Origin: a virus
Taxonomy: Duplodnaviria; Caudoviricetes
Length of the DNA stretch: 42,516 nucleotides
Strand: one strand, 5' to 3'
Virus record (IMG/VR): IMGVR_UViG_3300020349_000356
Location: 1 to 42,516 of that record
Below the pieces are notes generated by a model. The model did not search any database, was not told the DNA's origin, and saw only the letters and a list, made by a program, of their open reading frames with translations. Both the position numbers and the translations under genes were made by a program. Positions 18,493-29,600 of this stretch are shown one piece after another (the stretch's first letter is position 1; each line of letters begins with the position of its first letter).

Positions 18493-18511
18493 ATGATAAG
18501 GAGAGTTACAT

Positions 18512-19108
18512 ATGCTTACAAAACTTGAAGCCGTAAACGTAGTGCTTGATTCTATAGGTGAAACACCTGTGTCATCACTAACATCGGGTCTACCAGATGC
18601 GGAAGCGGCGGAAGCCAAACTTGACGAAGTTACTACAGAAGTTTTGGCTAAAGGTTGGCATCAAAATACTAATTATAATGTTAAATTAACTCGTAATTAT
18701 CTAAACAAAATTGTTATTCCGAACACGTACATTAAGGTTGATACGGTTGGAGAAAACAAAGAGTTGAACGTTACAGTAAGAACGGAACAAAACGTTAGAT
18801 ACTTATTTGATCTTAAAGAACAAACATTTATTTTTGATACTGACCCATATTGCAATGTGGTCATCAAACTAGATTTTCCAGATTTAACACCAACGATGCA
18901 ATTATATATTGCACGAAAAGCTGCACGAACATTCCAAGAGTCGGCAATGGGTTCGGCTGCGCTAGATAGTTTTACAGTTAGATCAGAAGCGGAATCTTAT
19001 GCGGCACTATTAGATGCCGAAGCCGAGGTAGAGGATAATAATATATTAAAAGATAGTCCTCACGTTTTACAAGCTACACGTAGATATAACGTGTTATTCG
19101 GGAGATAA
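18512..19108 (+). CDS. Tail tubular protein A (gp11-like)
   Basis: TKLEAVNVVLDSIGETPV, GWHQNT. Confidence 0.93.
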   Translation: MLTKLEAVNVVLDSIGETPVSSLTSGLPDAEAAEAKLDEVTTEVLAKGWHQNTNYNVKLTRNYLNKIVIPNTYIKVDTVGENKELNVTVRTEQNVRYLFDLKEQTFIFDTDPYCNVVIKLDFPDLTPTMQLYIARKAARTFQESAMGSAALDSFTVRSEAESYAALLDAEAEVEDNNILKDSPHVLQATRRYNVLFGR

Positions 19109-19111
19109 ACT

Positions 19112-21466
19112 ATGGGAACACTAATCGAACAATCGATCAAAACTCTGTATCAAGGAGTTTCACGTCAGCCCGACCCTGTTCGATTACCAGGACAAGTAGA
19201 AGAAGCAGATAACATTTTAGTGTCAGTGGTTACAGGGGGGTTTGAAAGTCGTCCCGCATCAAGACACATCAGTGCTTTAACAAGTATATCTGATACCGAT
19301 ACACCTGCTATTTACGCTTATAGTCGAGACGCTATTGAGCAATATATGATTGTAATTAATAATCAAGATTTGAAAGTGTTTACACTTGATGGTGTAGAAC
19401 AGACCGTAAGTTTTCCAAATGGTAAAGGCTATTTAAATCTACCAACAGGCTCTACAGAAGAGACATCATTTAGTTTTGTTACTATTGGTGATTTTACAAT
19501 CATTGCTAATAATACTAAAACTGTAGTGATGTCACCATCTACATATGTTAGACCCCACCGAGCATTGATTAACTGCCGAACTACAAACACATCTACGGCG
19601 TATTCCATTAATATTAAAGAAACTGCAAGTGGTGTTAGCACTCAAGTTTGGACATATAGTGCAACCACGGCATTAAGTAATACCGCAATCACTAGTAATA
19701 TTATGAATAATATTTCTTTTGCAGGAATGAACGGAACTTATACAACACAACAAATTGGTGAAACAATTGTTATTACAGGTAGTGAAGCGTTTACTATCGA
19801 ACACACAGGAACCGACGCAACGTATGGCCCATACACAATGACAAACAACGTGTCAGACAGACAGTATTTACCTGCGTCTGCACCTGGAGATTATTACATA
19901 AGAGTTGGTCAAAACATCGACGGAGAACAGTTTGGATATTGGGCAAAATTTAGTACTGAAAACGGTGGTTGGGTTGAGGCGGCAAATCCGAGTGATGATA
20001 ACGCTTTTGATGCAACTACAATGCCACACTTTCTAGTTAGAAAAGCTGACGGCACATTTGATTTTAAACAGGGCGACTATCCCGAGAGAATTGCAGGAGA
20101 TCCCGAGACAGTCTCTGATCCCGATTTTGTAGGCAATGAGATAACGGCAGTAGTTTTTCACCGTAATAGATTAGCGTTTGTTTCGGGAGAAAATATTAAC
20201 TTTTCACAAGCGGGTTATTATTTTACCTTTTGGCCCGACTTCGCAACACAAAGTCTTGACAGTGATTCGTTTGGTTTGACGGCATCTTCATCAACAGTGA
20301 ACGATTTAAAACACGCAGTGGGCTTCCGAAAATCACTATTCTTAACTAGTAACAAAGCACAGTTTGAAGTGTCTTCTGCCACGGCAGGTGCACTTTCGCC
20401 AACAAATGCGTCGGTTGATTTATCTACTACTTATCTAACCGAAGCACGATGTAAGCCAATTACACTTGGTAATACGCTTTACTTCGCAGCGAAATCGGGT
20501 AGGGATGCAATTGTGTTTGAGTATACGTTCGATGATGACACGCTTTCTAACGTGGCTGCGGACATTACTCTACACGCTTTATCTTATGTACCTGCGCCGA
20601 TCTTTCGTATGACGGGCGACCCGACTAACGATATGTTGATGTGTCTAACTGACTCTGATCGTACATCATTATATATTTATAAAATGTATGTTGACGGAGA
20701 AACCAAAGCCCAATCAGCTTGGTCAAAATGGACATATGGTTCTGACGCTAAGATTAAATGGATGGAAGTTATTGATGGTGAACTTTATATGGTTCTATCA
20801 AGAAACGGACAGGTCTTCTTTGAAAAAACATTTTTAAGATATGAATTGTCTGAAGAAAAACATCCGTATCAAGTTTCTATGGATCGTATCGTAAGAGTCA
20901 CAGGTGTATACGATATAAATACCGAAACAACTACTTGGACTCTTCCGTATGAACACAACAATAAAACTAGTGCGGTTTTGTCTACAGATTTTCCCGCAGG
21001 TGAAGTGGGTGAGGTTTTAAAATTAACCTATCCAACATCAACTACAGTTACCACGCCTGGTAACTATAGTGCAGGTGAAACCATACTAGGAGAAGTGTTT
21101 ACCTCTTCTGTAACGTTCTCAAAACTATTTCCTAGAGATCCACAAAACCTAAGACGAACAATTACTAGTGGTCGTTTCCAACTAAGAAACATTACATTTA
21201 ATTTTAAAGACACGGGTTTCTTTCGTGTCGAAGTTACGCCCGAGTTTCGTAACTCAACAACGTTTGCTTTTACAGGACGTATTGTCGGTTCGGGTGACTC
21301 AAAGATTGGACAGGCTGCGATTGCTAAACTTGGTGGATTTAAAGTGCCTGTTAAATCAAATGGTAAAAGTGCAAAGATTCGACTTTTTAATGATACAGAA
21401 AAACCAATGAATATCACTTCAATTGATTACATTGGATTCTATAATGAAATAACAAGACAGGGGTAA
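19112..21466 (+). CDS. Tail tubular protein B / nozzle (gp12-like)
   Basis: GVSRQPD, TMPHFLVR, FHRNRLAF, QSAWSKW, GRFQLR. Confidence 0.93.
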   Translation: MGTLIEQSIKTLYQGVSRQPDPVRLPGQVEEADNILVSVVTGGFESRPASRHISALTSISDTDTPAIYAYSRDAIEQYMIVINNQDLKVFTLDGVEQTVSFPNGKGYLNLPTGSTEETSFSFVTIGDFTIIANNTKTVVMSPSTYVRPHRALINCRTTNTSTAYSINIKETASGVSTQVWTYSATTALSNTAITSNIMNNISFAGMNGTYTTQQIGETIVITGSEAFTIEHTGTDATYGPYTMTNNVSDRQYLPASAPGDYYIRVGQNIDGEQFGYWAKFSTENGGWVEAANPSDDNAFDATTMPHFLVRKADGTFDFKQGDYPERIAGDPETVSDPDFVGNEITAVVFHRNRLAFVSGENINFSQAGYYFTFWPDFATQSLDSDSFGLTASSSTVNDLKHAVGFRKSLFLTSNKAQFEVSSATAGALSPTNASVDLSTTYLTEARCKPITLGNTLYFAAKSGRDAIVFEYTFDDDTLSNVAADITLHALSYVPAPIFRMTGDPTNDMLMCLTDSDRTSLYIYKMYVDGETKAQSAWSKWTYGSDAKIKWMEVIDGELYMVLSRNGQVFFEKTFLRYELSEEKHPYQVSMDRIVRVTGVYDINTETTTWTLPYEHNNKTSAVLSTDFPAGEVGEVLKLTYPTSTTVTTPGNYSAGETILGEVFTSSVTFSKLFPRDPQNLRRTITSGRFQLRNITFNFKDTGFFRVEVTPEFRNSTTFAFTGRIVGSGDSKIGQAAIAKLGGFKVPVKSNGKSAKIRLFNDTEKPMNITSIDYIGFYNEITRQG

Positions 21467-21470
21467 TAAT

Positions 21471-22040
21471 ATGTGTACAGGATTTTTGATTGCTGCATCA
21501 ATTGCGTCGTCTGCTATGCAAATGCAGATGCAAATGCAACAGGCTAGGAGAATGGAGCAAAGAGCCGCCGCACAAGCACAATCAGAATATCGGGCTGCCG
21601 AAGCCAACGTTAAAGCACAATATGCTGAAGAAAATAGAAAGATTGCAGAAAAATCGTTAGACGCCTTAGATGAACAATCTGACCGAATTAGGGCGGCGAA
21701 TGAAGCTATGGGTACTTTTATGGCTGCGGAAAATTCATTAAGTGATGGAACGTTTGCGTCCCTTGTCTTCGAGGAAGCCTATGGTGACGCTTTGAATTAC
21801 GTTCGAATGGATCGAAACGCTAAACGTGAGGTTGCATCTTACGATGCTAATAAATATGCGGCCGAACAAAATTATATTAATACAGTCACACAATCTAAAA
21901 ACCAAGCGGACAACTATATGCAAGAAGCAAACGCAAGAAAGACGGGCGCCATACTTGGGTTTGTTGGTAGTGGCTTACAGGTTGGTACAAGTTACTATGC
22001 AAACCAAAACGTTGTTGACGCAATTAAAGGAGTAAATTAA
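21471..22040 (+). CDS. Internal virion protein (gp14-like)
   Basis: MC start, Ala/Gln-rich helical, hydrophobic ends; synteny. Confidence 0.75.
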   Translation: MCTGFLIAASIASSAMQMQMQMQQARRMEQRAAAQAQSEYRAAEANVKAQYAEENRKIAEKSLDALDEQSDRIRAANEAMGTFMAAENSLSDGTFASLVFEEAYGDALNYVRMDRNAKREVASYDANKYAAEQNYINTVTQSKNQADNYMQEANARKTGAILGFVGSGLQVGTSYYANQNVVDAIKGVN

Positions 22041-24832
22041 TGGCAAGATTTAGAAAAGGAACAGGCGGTAATGAGTTTCGACGTCCCGCAAACGCAGGTT
22101 TAGCAACTGTTCAGAACCAAAGATTTAATCAAGCGGTTCCTAAAAAGGTTGGAGACTTAGCAGGTCGAAACGTTATGGCTGGTGATTTAACTAATGTCTT
22201 TAATAACTTTTTTAATCAAGTCCAAGGATCTATTCAAAATATAAATGATTCGTATTGGGCGGTCGAAAAGATGGACGCTCAAAAATATGCCAACGAACAA
22301 AAAGCGAAAGCAACCGCAGACGCTTTTAATGAAGTTAGAAACAATCCTAAAGGTGAAGGTGTTACTAATCAATCTTACGTAACTACGGCACTAGACAACA
22401 TAGAAAGCACAAACACACACTACATTGATACATATAAAAAGTCTCTTGGTATGGCTTTAGGATACGATATGTACAACGACTTTACTACATTTTCGGCACA
22501 ACAACCGCCCGAGAAATTTGAAGAAAATAGTCGTACGTGGTGGAATGATAATTTTAAAAATGGAACAGGTGATGAGATTGTAGATACATACGCCTCACAC
22601 GCTTGGCAAAAGAATTATTTTAACGACGAACTTAAATATAAACTAGAAACAGTTAAACTTCAGCAGACCAAAAAGTTTAATGCTATTGCAGCCACCGTTC
22701 CAACATACTATGCCAACAACACTTTGGAACAAGCATACTTTTCGTTAACTTCGGATTTGAAAAAAAGTTTCCCACATCTTAACAGTAATTTAAGTGAAGG
22801 AACTATTCGATCACAAGCAATTGGTATGCTAATCAACGGCGCTAAAAGTTATGATGACACAATGAAATTAAGCACGTTTATTAACAGTGCTAAAATTATT
22901 GATGTACCAGGCGGGGCGCCAGGTCAAAAACAAAGTTTGATGGAAAGATTTCCTACTGAGATGGCACCACTATCTAGAGAACTTTTAAAACACGCTAATA
23001 ATCTAAAAAATCTAAATGGTATTTCTGCGGTTACTGAGTGGCAAAGCGGTTACAACAAAGTAATGGGTCTTCTTAAAAACGATTGGAAAGAGACATTAAA
23101 TATGCACTCTATGTTACTTAGTGGTAAAGATTATGTGCATAAAGGTATAAACGGGAAAGATACTGTTATAAGAAGTCCAGGAAGTTTGTACAACACACCT
23201 GGCGTTAGTGCCGATCTTTGGTCAGCCGTTAATGGTGATCTTACAAAAAATCTAAACGCTGCTATCGTTACGGGTGCTAACGTAAATAAAATGTTAATGG
23301 TCGCAAATAGTAGCAAAATGGCTAATGGTATGCCGTACACATTACCTAGCCAAGACGATACAAAAAATAATTTATATAATACGCTGACTAGTGACAATAT
23401 GAATATGATGTCAGACTCTGAAGTTAGTCCTGGCAAGATAGTGGCTAACACAAAGCTATTACAACAAGTCTATAAAACATATGGTAAAGACGGATTCGAC
23501 GGTAACACCATATCTTATATGACGTCATTAATGCTTTCTGAAAACGTTGAGCATCAAAAAGCAGCCGTTGGTGTTATGCTAGGAATTGATGGTGGAAACG
23601 GAATAGCAGCTAATATTCTTCTTAAAGATAATCCTGTAGCAATGGCAAACTTTAATATGATTAAGACTGCTATTAATGCGCCTGGTGCAACCGCTAATCT
23701 TGTTAGAATGAATAATGATATACAGTTTAAAAATGCAATGGCATTAGTTTCTGATCCCGAAGGCCCGTACAAAGGTGACTTTAATAAATACGTTTGGGAA
23801 CAGGCGGGTAATGATATTGCTGATTATAATTCAAAAACTAAAACTAATTTTATGGATTTTAAAAATGAGGTTGCTGATTATTTAAATCCTTCGATGGGTA
23901 TTTTTTCAAAAGATTCACAATGGGACGACCTAACGCCAACGGCACAACGACTAGTTACAAATAATATGTTTACTGCCGTGATGAATTTAAAACAGGCAAA
24001 TATGGAAGTTAATGAAGAAAACATTGCAGATCAGCTTAAAACTATTCTTGGTGCACAAAACTTTACTATTAATAGCGGACAAATTGATATAAGCGCAAAC
24101 TTTAATTCTAATACCGCACAAAAATATAAAGACGGTACAGCAACTAAAGGAATACCAATGGGTATTGCAGTTCCTAATCCGTTTGTCGAAAACAACACAC
24201 CCGAAAACACCGTTAAAAATGTAACTGACTTAGTTGAAAATATGGATCAAGTGTTTCAAAATTTTGACACAGATAATTGGACATTAGTTACAAATGGTAG
24301 TCCTTTGTTAATGGCTAATGGATTAATGGCGATTAAAAATAAAACAGATGGGACAGACATTGGGTTTCAAGTTGGTCAAGTTTTAGATGTTTACGAAGGT
24401 AAAATGGACGGTGGTAATATTGTCTTAGGCGTTGATCAAAATAATAAACCAATACTTAAACAAGGTATGGGTTCAACTTGGTTTAGTAGTTTTGACCCGG
24501 ATACGAAATCTGCACAATTTACAATTACAGGTGATTACGAAACTGACCAAGCTAACTTTAAAAAGTTTGCTCATCCTGCAATGATGTTAATTCCAATGCC
24601 ACCGCTAGATGAAAATGCAAATCAAGAGTATCTAGCTAAAGGACAAAAAGATGATGGTTCTGGAAGGTTTGTACAAATCACAGGATATCAACTTGCGGTC
24701 AAGCCATTCTTTTCAGAATATGATGTTGATAAGTTAAATGATTTTGATTTGAATGAAATGATAAACAGTAATAAAGGCTTCAATACATATCAAAAGAAAG
24801 ATCCACTTGAAGACTTTTATGCTTATCCATAA
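22040..24832 (+). CDS. Internal virion protein (gp15 position)
   Basis: 930 aa, TAATG coupling; assigned by synteny only. Confidence 0.65.
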   Translation: MARFRKGTGGNEFRRPANAGLATVQNQRFNQAVPKKVGDLAGRNVMAGDLTNVFNNFFNQVQGSIQNINDSYWAVEKMDAQKYANEQKAKATADAFNEVRNNPKGEGVTNQSYVTTALDNIESTNTHYIDTYKKSLGMALGYDMYNDFTTFSAQQPPEKFEENSRTWWNDNFKNGTGDEIVDTYASHAWQKNYFNDELKYKLETVKLQQTKKFNAIAATVPTYYANNTLEQAYFSLTSDLKKSFPHLNSNLSEGTIRSQAIGMLINGAKSYDDTMKLSTFINSAKIIDVPGGAPGQKQSLMERFPTEMAPLSRELLKHANNLKNLNGISAVTEWQSGYNKVMGLLKNDWKETLNMHSMLLSGKDYVHKGINGKDTVIRSPGSLYNTPGVSADLWSAVNGDLTKNLNAAIVTGANVNKMLMVANSSKMANGMPYTLPSQDDTKNNLYNTLTSDNMNMMSDSEVSPGKIVANTKLLQQVYKTYGKDGFDGNTISYMTSLMLSENVEHQKAAVGVMLGIDGGNGIAANILLKDNPVAMANFNMIKTAINAPGATANLVRMNNDIQFKNAMALVSDPEGPYKGDFNKYVWEQAGNDIADYNSKTKTNFMDFKNEVADYLNPSMGIFSKDSQWDDLTPTAQRLVTNNMFTAVMNLKQANMEVNEENIADQLKTILGAQNFTINSGQIDISANFNSNTAQKYKDGTATKGIPMGIAVPNPFVENNTPENTVKNVTDLVENMDQVFQNFDTDNWTLVTNGSPLLMANGLMAIKNKTDGTDIGFQVGQVLDVYEGKMDGGNIVLGVDQNNKPILKQGMGSTWFSSFDPDTKSAQFTITGDYETDQANFKKFAHPAMMLIPMPPLDENANQEYLAKGQKDDGSGRFVQITGYQLAVKPFFSEYDVDKLNDFDLNEMINSNKGFNTYQKKDPLEDFYAYP

Positions 24833-24846
24833 CCAAGGAGTAATTA

Positions 24847-26613
24847 ATGAAAATCGCAAATAATAATGTCAGTCCTAATTTAGGGGCAATAGACACAATC
24901 ACAGACGTTAATGATATGAAACGCTACGTGTTTGCCTCTACTGAAAATTCATTAAAATCTAGTGGCGCAATCAAGCCCGATTTAAAAATGAATACAGACG
25001 GTGAACTCGACACTAATAAATTTGCGCTCAACACTTTAACAAAAACTTTAACATTTCAAGGTTCGTCTGCGTACGATGATGCTTTCTTAGAAAGACGAAT
25101 GGATTTTATATCTAACGTTGAGGGCGGATTTAAAGGAACAATGCACTATGTAAATGAAGTTCCGCATATTGGTTATGGTGTAAATCTAGAAGTACATAAG
25201 GATTTAATTCAAGAGAAATTAAATTTTAATGATAATGATATGGCTAAATTAATGAAAGGTGAAAAAGCCATTACACAAACTCAAGGTCGTTTGATTACAG
25301 AATTTATTCTACAAGATATGGATAAATTAGTTACAGATAAAATTGGAGATATTCCTCTAAATACAGATCAACGAATTGCTCTTAATTCAATGGCGTATAA
25401 TGCACCCGCTTTGATTGGCCCGAATCTTGTTAAGCATATACAAAATGGTGATATGGATTCAATTTCTAATGAAATTCTAAATCGTTCAAACAAAAGTAAA
25501 TCTAAAGGTATAGATAACAGACGTAAGATGGAACACGATATGTTCTTTGGGTCTGATCCTATGTACAGTAAACGATTCCCAGGACAAGAAATTACTGAAG
25601 GTGAGTCGGTAGCTGACGCACCAAACCCGTGGCTTAAAAATCTTACTAATTTATTTATTACACCTGTCGCTGCGTCCGAGGTCGATATGTCAGCAAAGGA
25701 ATCAACTAACGGTGCAATTATTGAGTCGAGTCCAACTAATAATAAAGTACTCGCTCACGCAGCTTTGGATATTCAAGACAAAAGTCACTACAAAGATATA
25801 CCAGGCGTGGAAGTTAAAAAAATAGAAAACCCGCCAATTAAAGACAGTGAAGTGTATGAAGATGATATGAACATAGGTGCTAAGTTTTCATCTTGGATTT
25901 TACACAACGCTTTACCCGAAACGGCAGGAGTGTTTTTAAGATACAAAGGTGAATCGATGGGTGTAACAGGCGATTCAAACAAAACTGAAATAATCAGTGG
26001 GGAAACAATTTTTGATGAACAATCTATGAGTGCTTTAAAAGAATTAGTTTCTTGGGCAATTAAAAATAAAAAAACAAGTATTCAATATCAAGACTACGAT
26101 GATTTCTTTGGGATTAACGACAATGGATTATTTCTTAGTGAAATCGTAGGAAGTAAAGATGGCATCAATTGGATCACACAAAATGTACCTGCGGAAGATC
26201 GTGGACTAGGTAGTTATCAAAACGTAGATGTTGCCGTGTGGGATGATAAAAAGAAATCTTATGTAAAGAAAAACAAAGGCTATTGGATAGCTTTACAACA
26301 AGATGCTTTTGATATGCCAAAATTTGCAAATATGGCGATGGGTGCATTAACAGGGTCAGACACAAGTCAACGATATATGTCTTACGTTAACCTTGCGTTA
26401 TCTTCACGAACTAATCAATCAATGACACTTGGTTTAATTTTAGGACGATTTAATTGGAAGATAAACGAAGCGGGAGAAGTTATTATTGAAGACGCTTATA
26501 ACTTTACAGGACATAAAGCTGATGATGCAAACTATGACAAACTAAGAAGTGAGCAAGATACAAGAGGTAAAGCCGATCCATTTAAATTTCGTATTAATTT
26601 AGGAGTACTATAA
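24847..26613 (+). CDS. Internal virion protein with lysozyme (GH24-like) domain
   Basis: VEGGF...PHIGYG, ALNSMAYN, GIDNRRKMEHDMF. Confidence 0.75.
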   Translation: MKIANNNVSPNLGAIDTITDVNDMKRYVFASTENSLKSSGAIKPDLKMNTDGELDTNKFALNTLTKTLTFQGSSAYDDAFLERRMDFISNVEGGFKGTMHYVNEVPHIGYGVNLEVHKDLIQEKLNFNDNDMAKLMKGEKAITQTQGRLITEFILQDMDKLVTDKIGDIPLNTDQRIALNSMAYNAPALIGPNLVKHIQNGDMDSISNEILNRSNKSKSKGIDNRRKMEHDMFFGSDPMYSKRFPGQEITEGESVADAPNPWLKNLTNLFITPVAASEVDMSAKESTNGAIIESSPTNNKVLAHAALDIQDKSHYKDIPGVEVKKIENPPIKDSEVYEDDMNIGAKFSSWILHNALPETAGVFLRYKGESMGVTGDSNKTEIISGETIFDEQSMSALKELVSWAIKNKKTSIQYQDYDDFFGINDNGLFLSEIVGSKDGINWITQNVPAEDRGLGSYQNVDVAVWDDKKKSYVKKNKGYWIALQQDAFDMPKFANMAMGALTGSDTSQRYMSYVNLALSSRTNQSMTLGLILGRFNWKINEAGEVIIEDAYNFTGHKADDANYDKLRSEQDTRGKADPFKFRINLGVL

Positions 26614-29600
26614 ATGAAACTAACTTATCAATCCGCTAATAATCTAGGCGTTAACGTTGCGCTAGAATCTGCCAATTCGGGATTGTCTTTAGTTTCTCCG
26701 CCTAAAAGAGAGGGATTAGGTTTCTTTGCGACAAACTATGAGATGTATATGCAAGAAACTATTCTTGGAGATATGATGCGTTATGGCATTATACCTCAAG
26801 ATAGAAATGCTAGTTTTTATAATTATGAAGATGGTATTAAATTTAATCCATATGCTTTTTGGGATGAGAATAGAGTTGAATATGGAGATGTCGAAGAGTG
26901 GCTTAAACAGGGAATGTTTGAAGACGTATATGGTCAAAAACAATTTAAAGATAGAGTTGCTCGTTTAAGACAACTACAAAAGCATCGTGAAGATTTAGCT
27001 AATGGTAATTTCTTTGGAATGCTTACAGGCGGACTACTTACGTTTGCCGACGTGTCTACATTAATTCCTGCTTATGGTTTATTTAAAAAAGGTAAAACAC
27101 TAGCCACAATTTCTCGTTATGCCGTTGGTGGTGGTATCTTTGTTGGAGCGCAAGAAGCGTCACTACACTTACGACAAGAACTACGAACAGTAGACGAAAG
27201 TGTTGTTAACCTTGCGTTTACAATGGCTATTGGTGGCGGTGTTGGAGCGTTTGTATCTTCGGGTTATAAAGGATCTGCACTTTATCCAGGCGCAAAAAAT
27301 AATCCATTTAATCCAAATAATCCTGTGTATTTAGCTATTGGTGATATTGGTCGAGGAATGAAAAACAGTGTTGTGTTTCAACCAATCATTCAAGGCGGTA
27401 AACGAACTTGGAAAGCAGGTACTGAGAAGTGGGAAGACCTTGGTAAGCCTGGTTCGGTAGGCGCTGCAGCCGTTGTTAAAGCAACAGGCGCCGTGGGTTC
27501 GGGAGTAAAAAGAGTAGGAACAGGAGCCATTCAAGCAGTTGGTAAGGCAGGAATGTATGGACTTAATAAACTAGCAAAAACTAGAATTGTTGGTTCACCT
27601 ATTTATAGATTATTAACAAACAAAAGCCAACGTGCCCAAAGAATTGGTGAACTTTTGTTTGATACAGGTGGCATACTTACTAAAGGAAATCTTAAAGGTA
27701 AGTATCTAGAAAATGTCGAACAGGTTGCTAATCGTATAAGAGCACGATTTGATGAGGTAGTATTTCCCGCAGCAGTACAACGTTATGTTAATCTGCGAAT
27801 AGCGTTAGCTAAACTACAAGGTAAAGACCCATCTAAAATTGGTATTTCTTTGGCTGATACAGGCGCACGTATGGCTACGTTTAGTCGTCAAGTATTGAAA
27901 GGCCCAAGAAAAACACAACCCGAAACACTTAAAACTAAAGGTCAAATCGAAGAGTTTGAGTTTACGGATTTAACTAACAAAGCACTTTATGATGATATTA
28001 CCGACGCTGAATTGAAAAACTTACGTGAGCGTTTTGGTGACGATGGTGCGGACTTGATTGTTAAAGCGGCTAAAGATCAAGCTGAAGCTATCCACGCAAT
28101 GAACAAATCTATTGAAGACGATATGTTAGCAATTGGGATGATTAAACCGTCTCAAGCAATGGGTAGGTCTTATGGTAAGGCACAACTGTGGATTTCTAGT
28201 GGTATTGCTGCCAACACTGACAGGGCTAAAGAATTCTTTATGAGACTTCTTAGTGATGAAATTCCAGACGATTGGCTAAATGCAAACTACGGAATGTCTA
28301 AACAACAGTTTGACGAATTAGGTAAATCTGATGTCAAAGTCGGAGATAATACTTATAGTCCTGCGGACGGATTAATTGTTAAAAATGAAATTTTTGAAGA
28401 TTGGAATGGCGCTCTACGAAGAGACACACTCGAACTTGCAGAAGCCGAAGTAGACGTTGCAACTAAAAGAGTTGAGCGTACAAGAAAAGAGGCGGTAATT
28501 GCAGCTAGTAATGTACGTAAGACAGATACACAAATTAAAAAAAGTGAAGTTAAAGAAGCAGAAGCAATTGTTAAAGAGCGAATGCTCGAACAACAAAAAC
28601 GTAAAGCGCAATTAGATAAAATTAAATTAGAGATTGAGCAAGTAAAACTACAACTACGTAAGCAAGAAGCTGAACAAAATATTAGGGATAATCAATTCCA
28701 CGACGTTACTAAGCAAACACAAAAGCTAAAAAAAGAACGTCAGTCTGAGGTTCTCGAAGCTGAAGAGTTGCTTAAACTTGCGGAGAAAAATGCTGAAACA
28801 CGTTTAGCAAATCTAGATAAACAAGGTAAACAAGAATTAGATGATCTTATTTTTGCTAAAGATAATTTAATTAAAAAAGATAATAATCTAGCAAGTGCGG
28901 GAGATGACGCACTACAAGAAGCGGTTGATAAAGCTAAGACTAAAAAAGTAGGAAACCAAATTACAGGACGTTTAGAAGGACGTCTGCAAATTCTAATGAG
29001 ACAGGGCAGACGTTTACAAGACGCTATTGCTAACGTTGAGCGTAAACTTGGCCCAGTTAAAAAAGCAGTAGCCGAAGCAAATAAAGCAAAGATCGATTTA
29101 CGAAACGCTAAAAAAGTGCGTAATCAATTTAAAAGGTTGACGGCGGGTGAAGCGAAAAAAGCCAAAACCCAACTTAAAAAGGCAAAGCGAATCTTGAAAA
29201 AGACCACCGCCAAGCCATCACTTGAAGAATATGTGGATAAACTTTTGCTTGACCTGTCGTCTCCAAACCACAGAAATTCACTAACGGGCGGACTAGACGC
29301 TGAGTATTTTACATCGGGTCGAACTAAAGACAGGCAGTTTAAACTTACTAATGAGCAAAGACGTGAAGCTGAAGAGATGGGAATACTAAGAAACGATCTT
29401 TATGGCATTATGATGAAATCAATGGAAGACCTTTCGGCTCGTATTGCTATACGTAAAGTGTTTCAAAAAGAGGGTATTGAGATTGGTAATGAAGGTAAAA
29501 TCGTAGATGAACTACAGTTACAAGTAAAAGAAGAATATCAAACCTTAATTAATAATGCCAAGAAAGCGGGGAAAAGTGAAAGGACAATTGTCAAACTAGA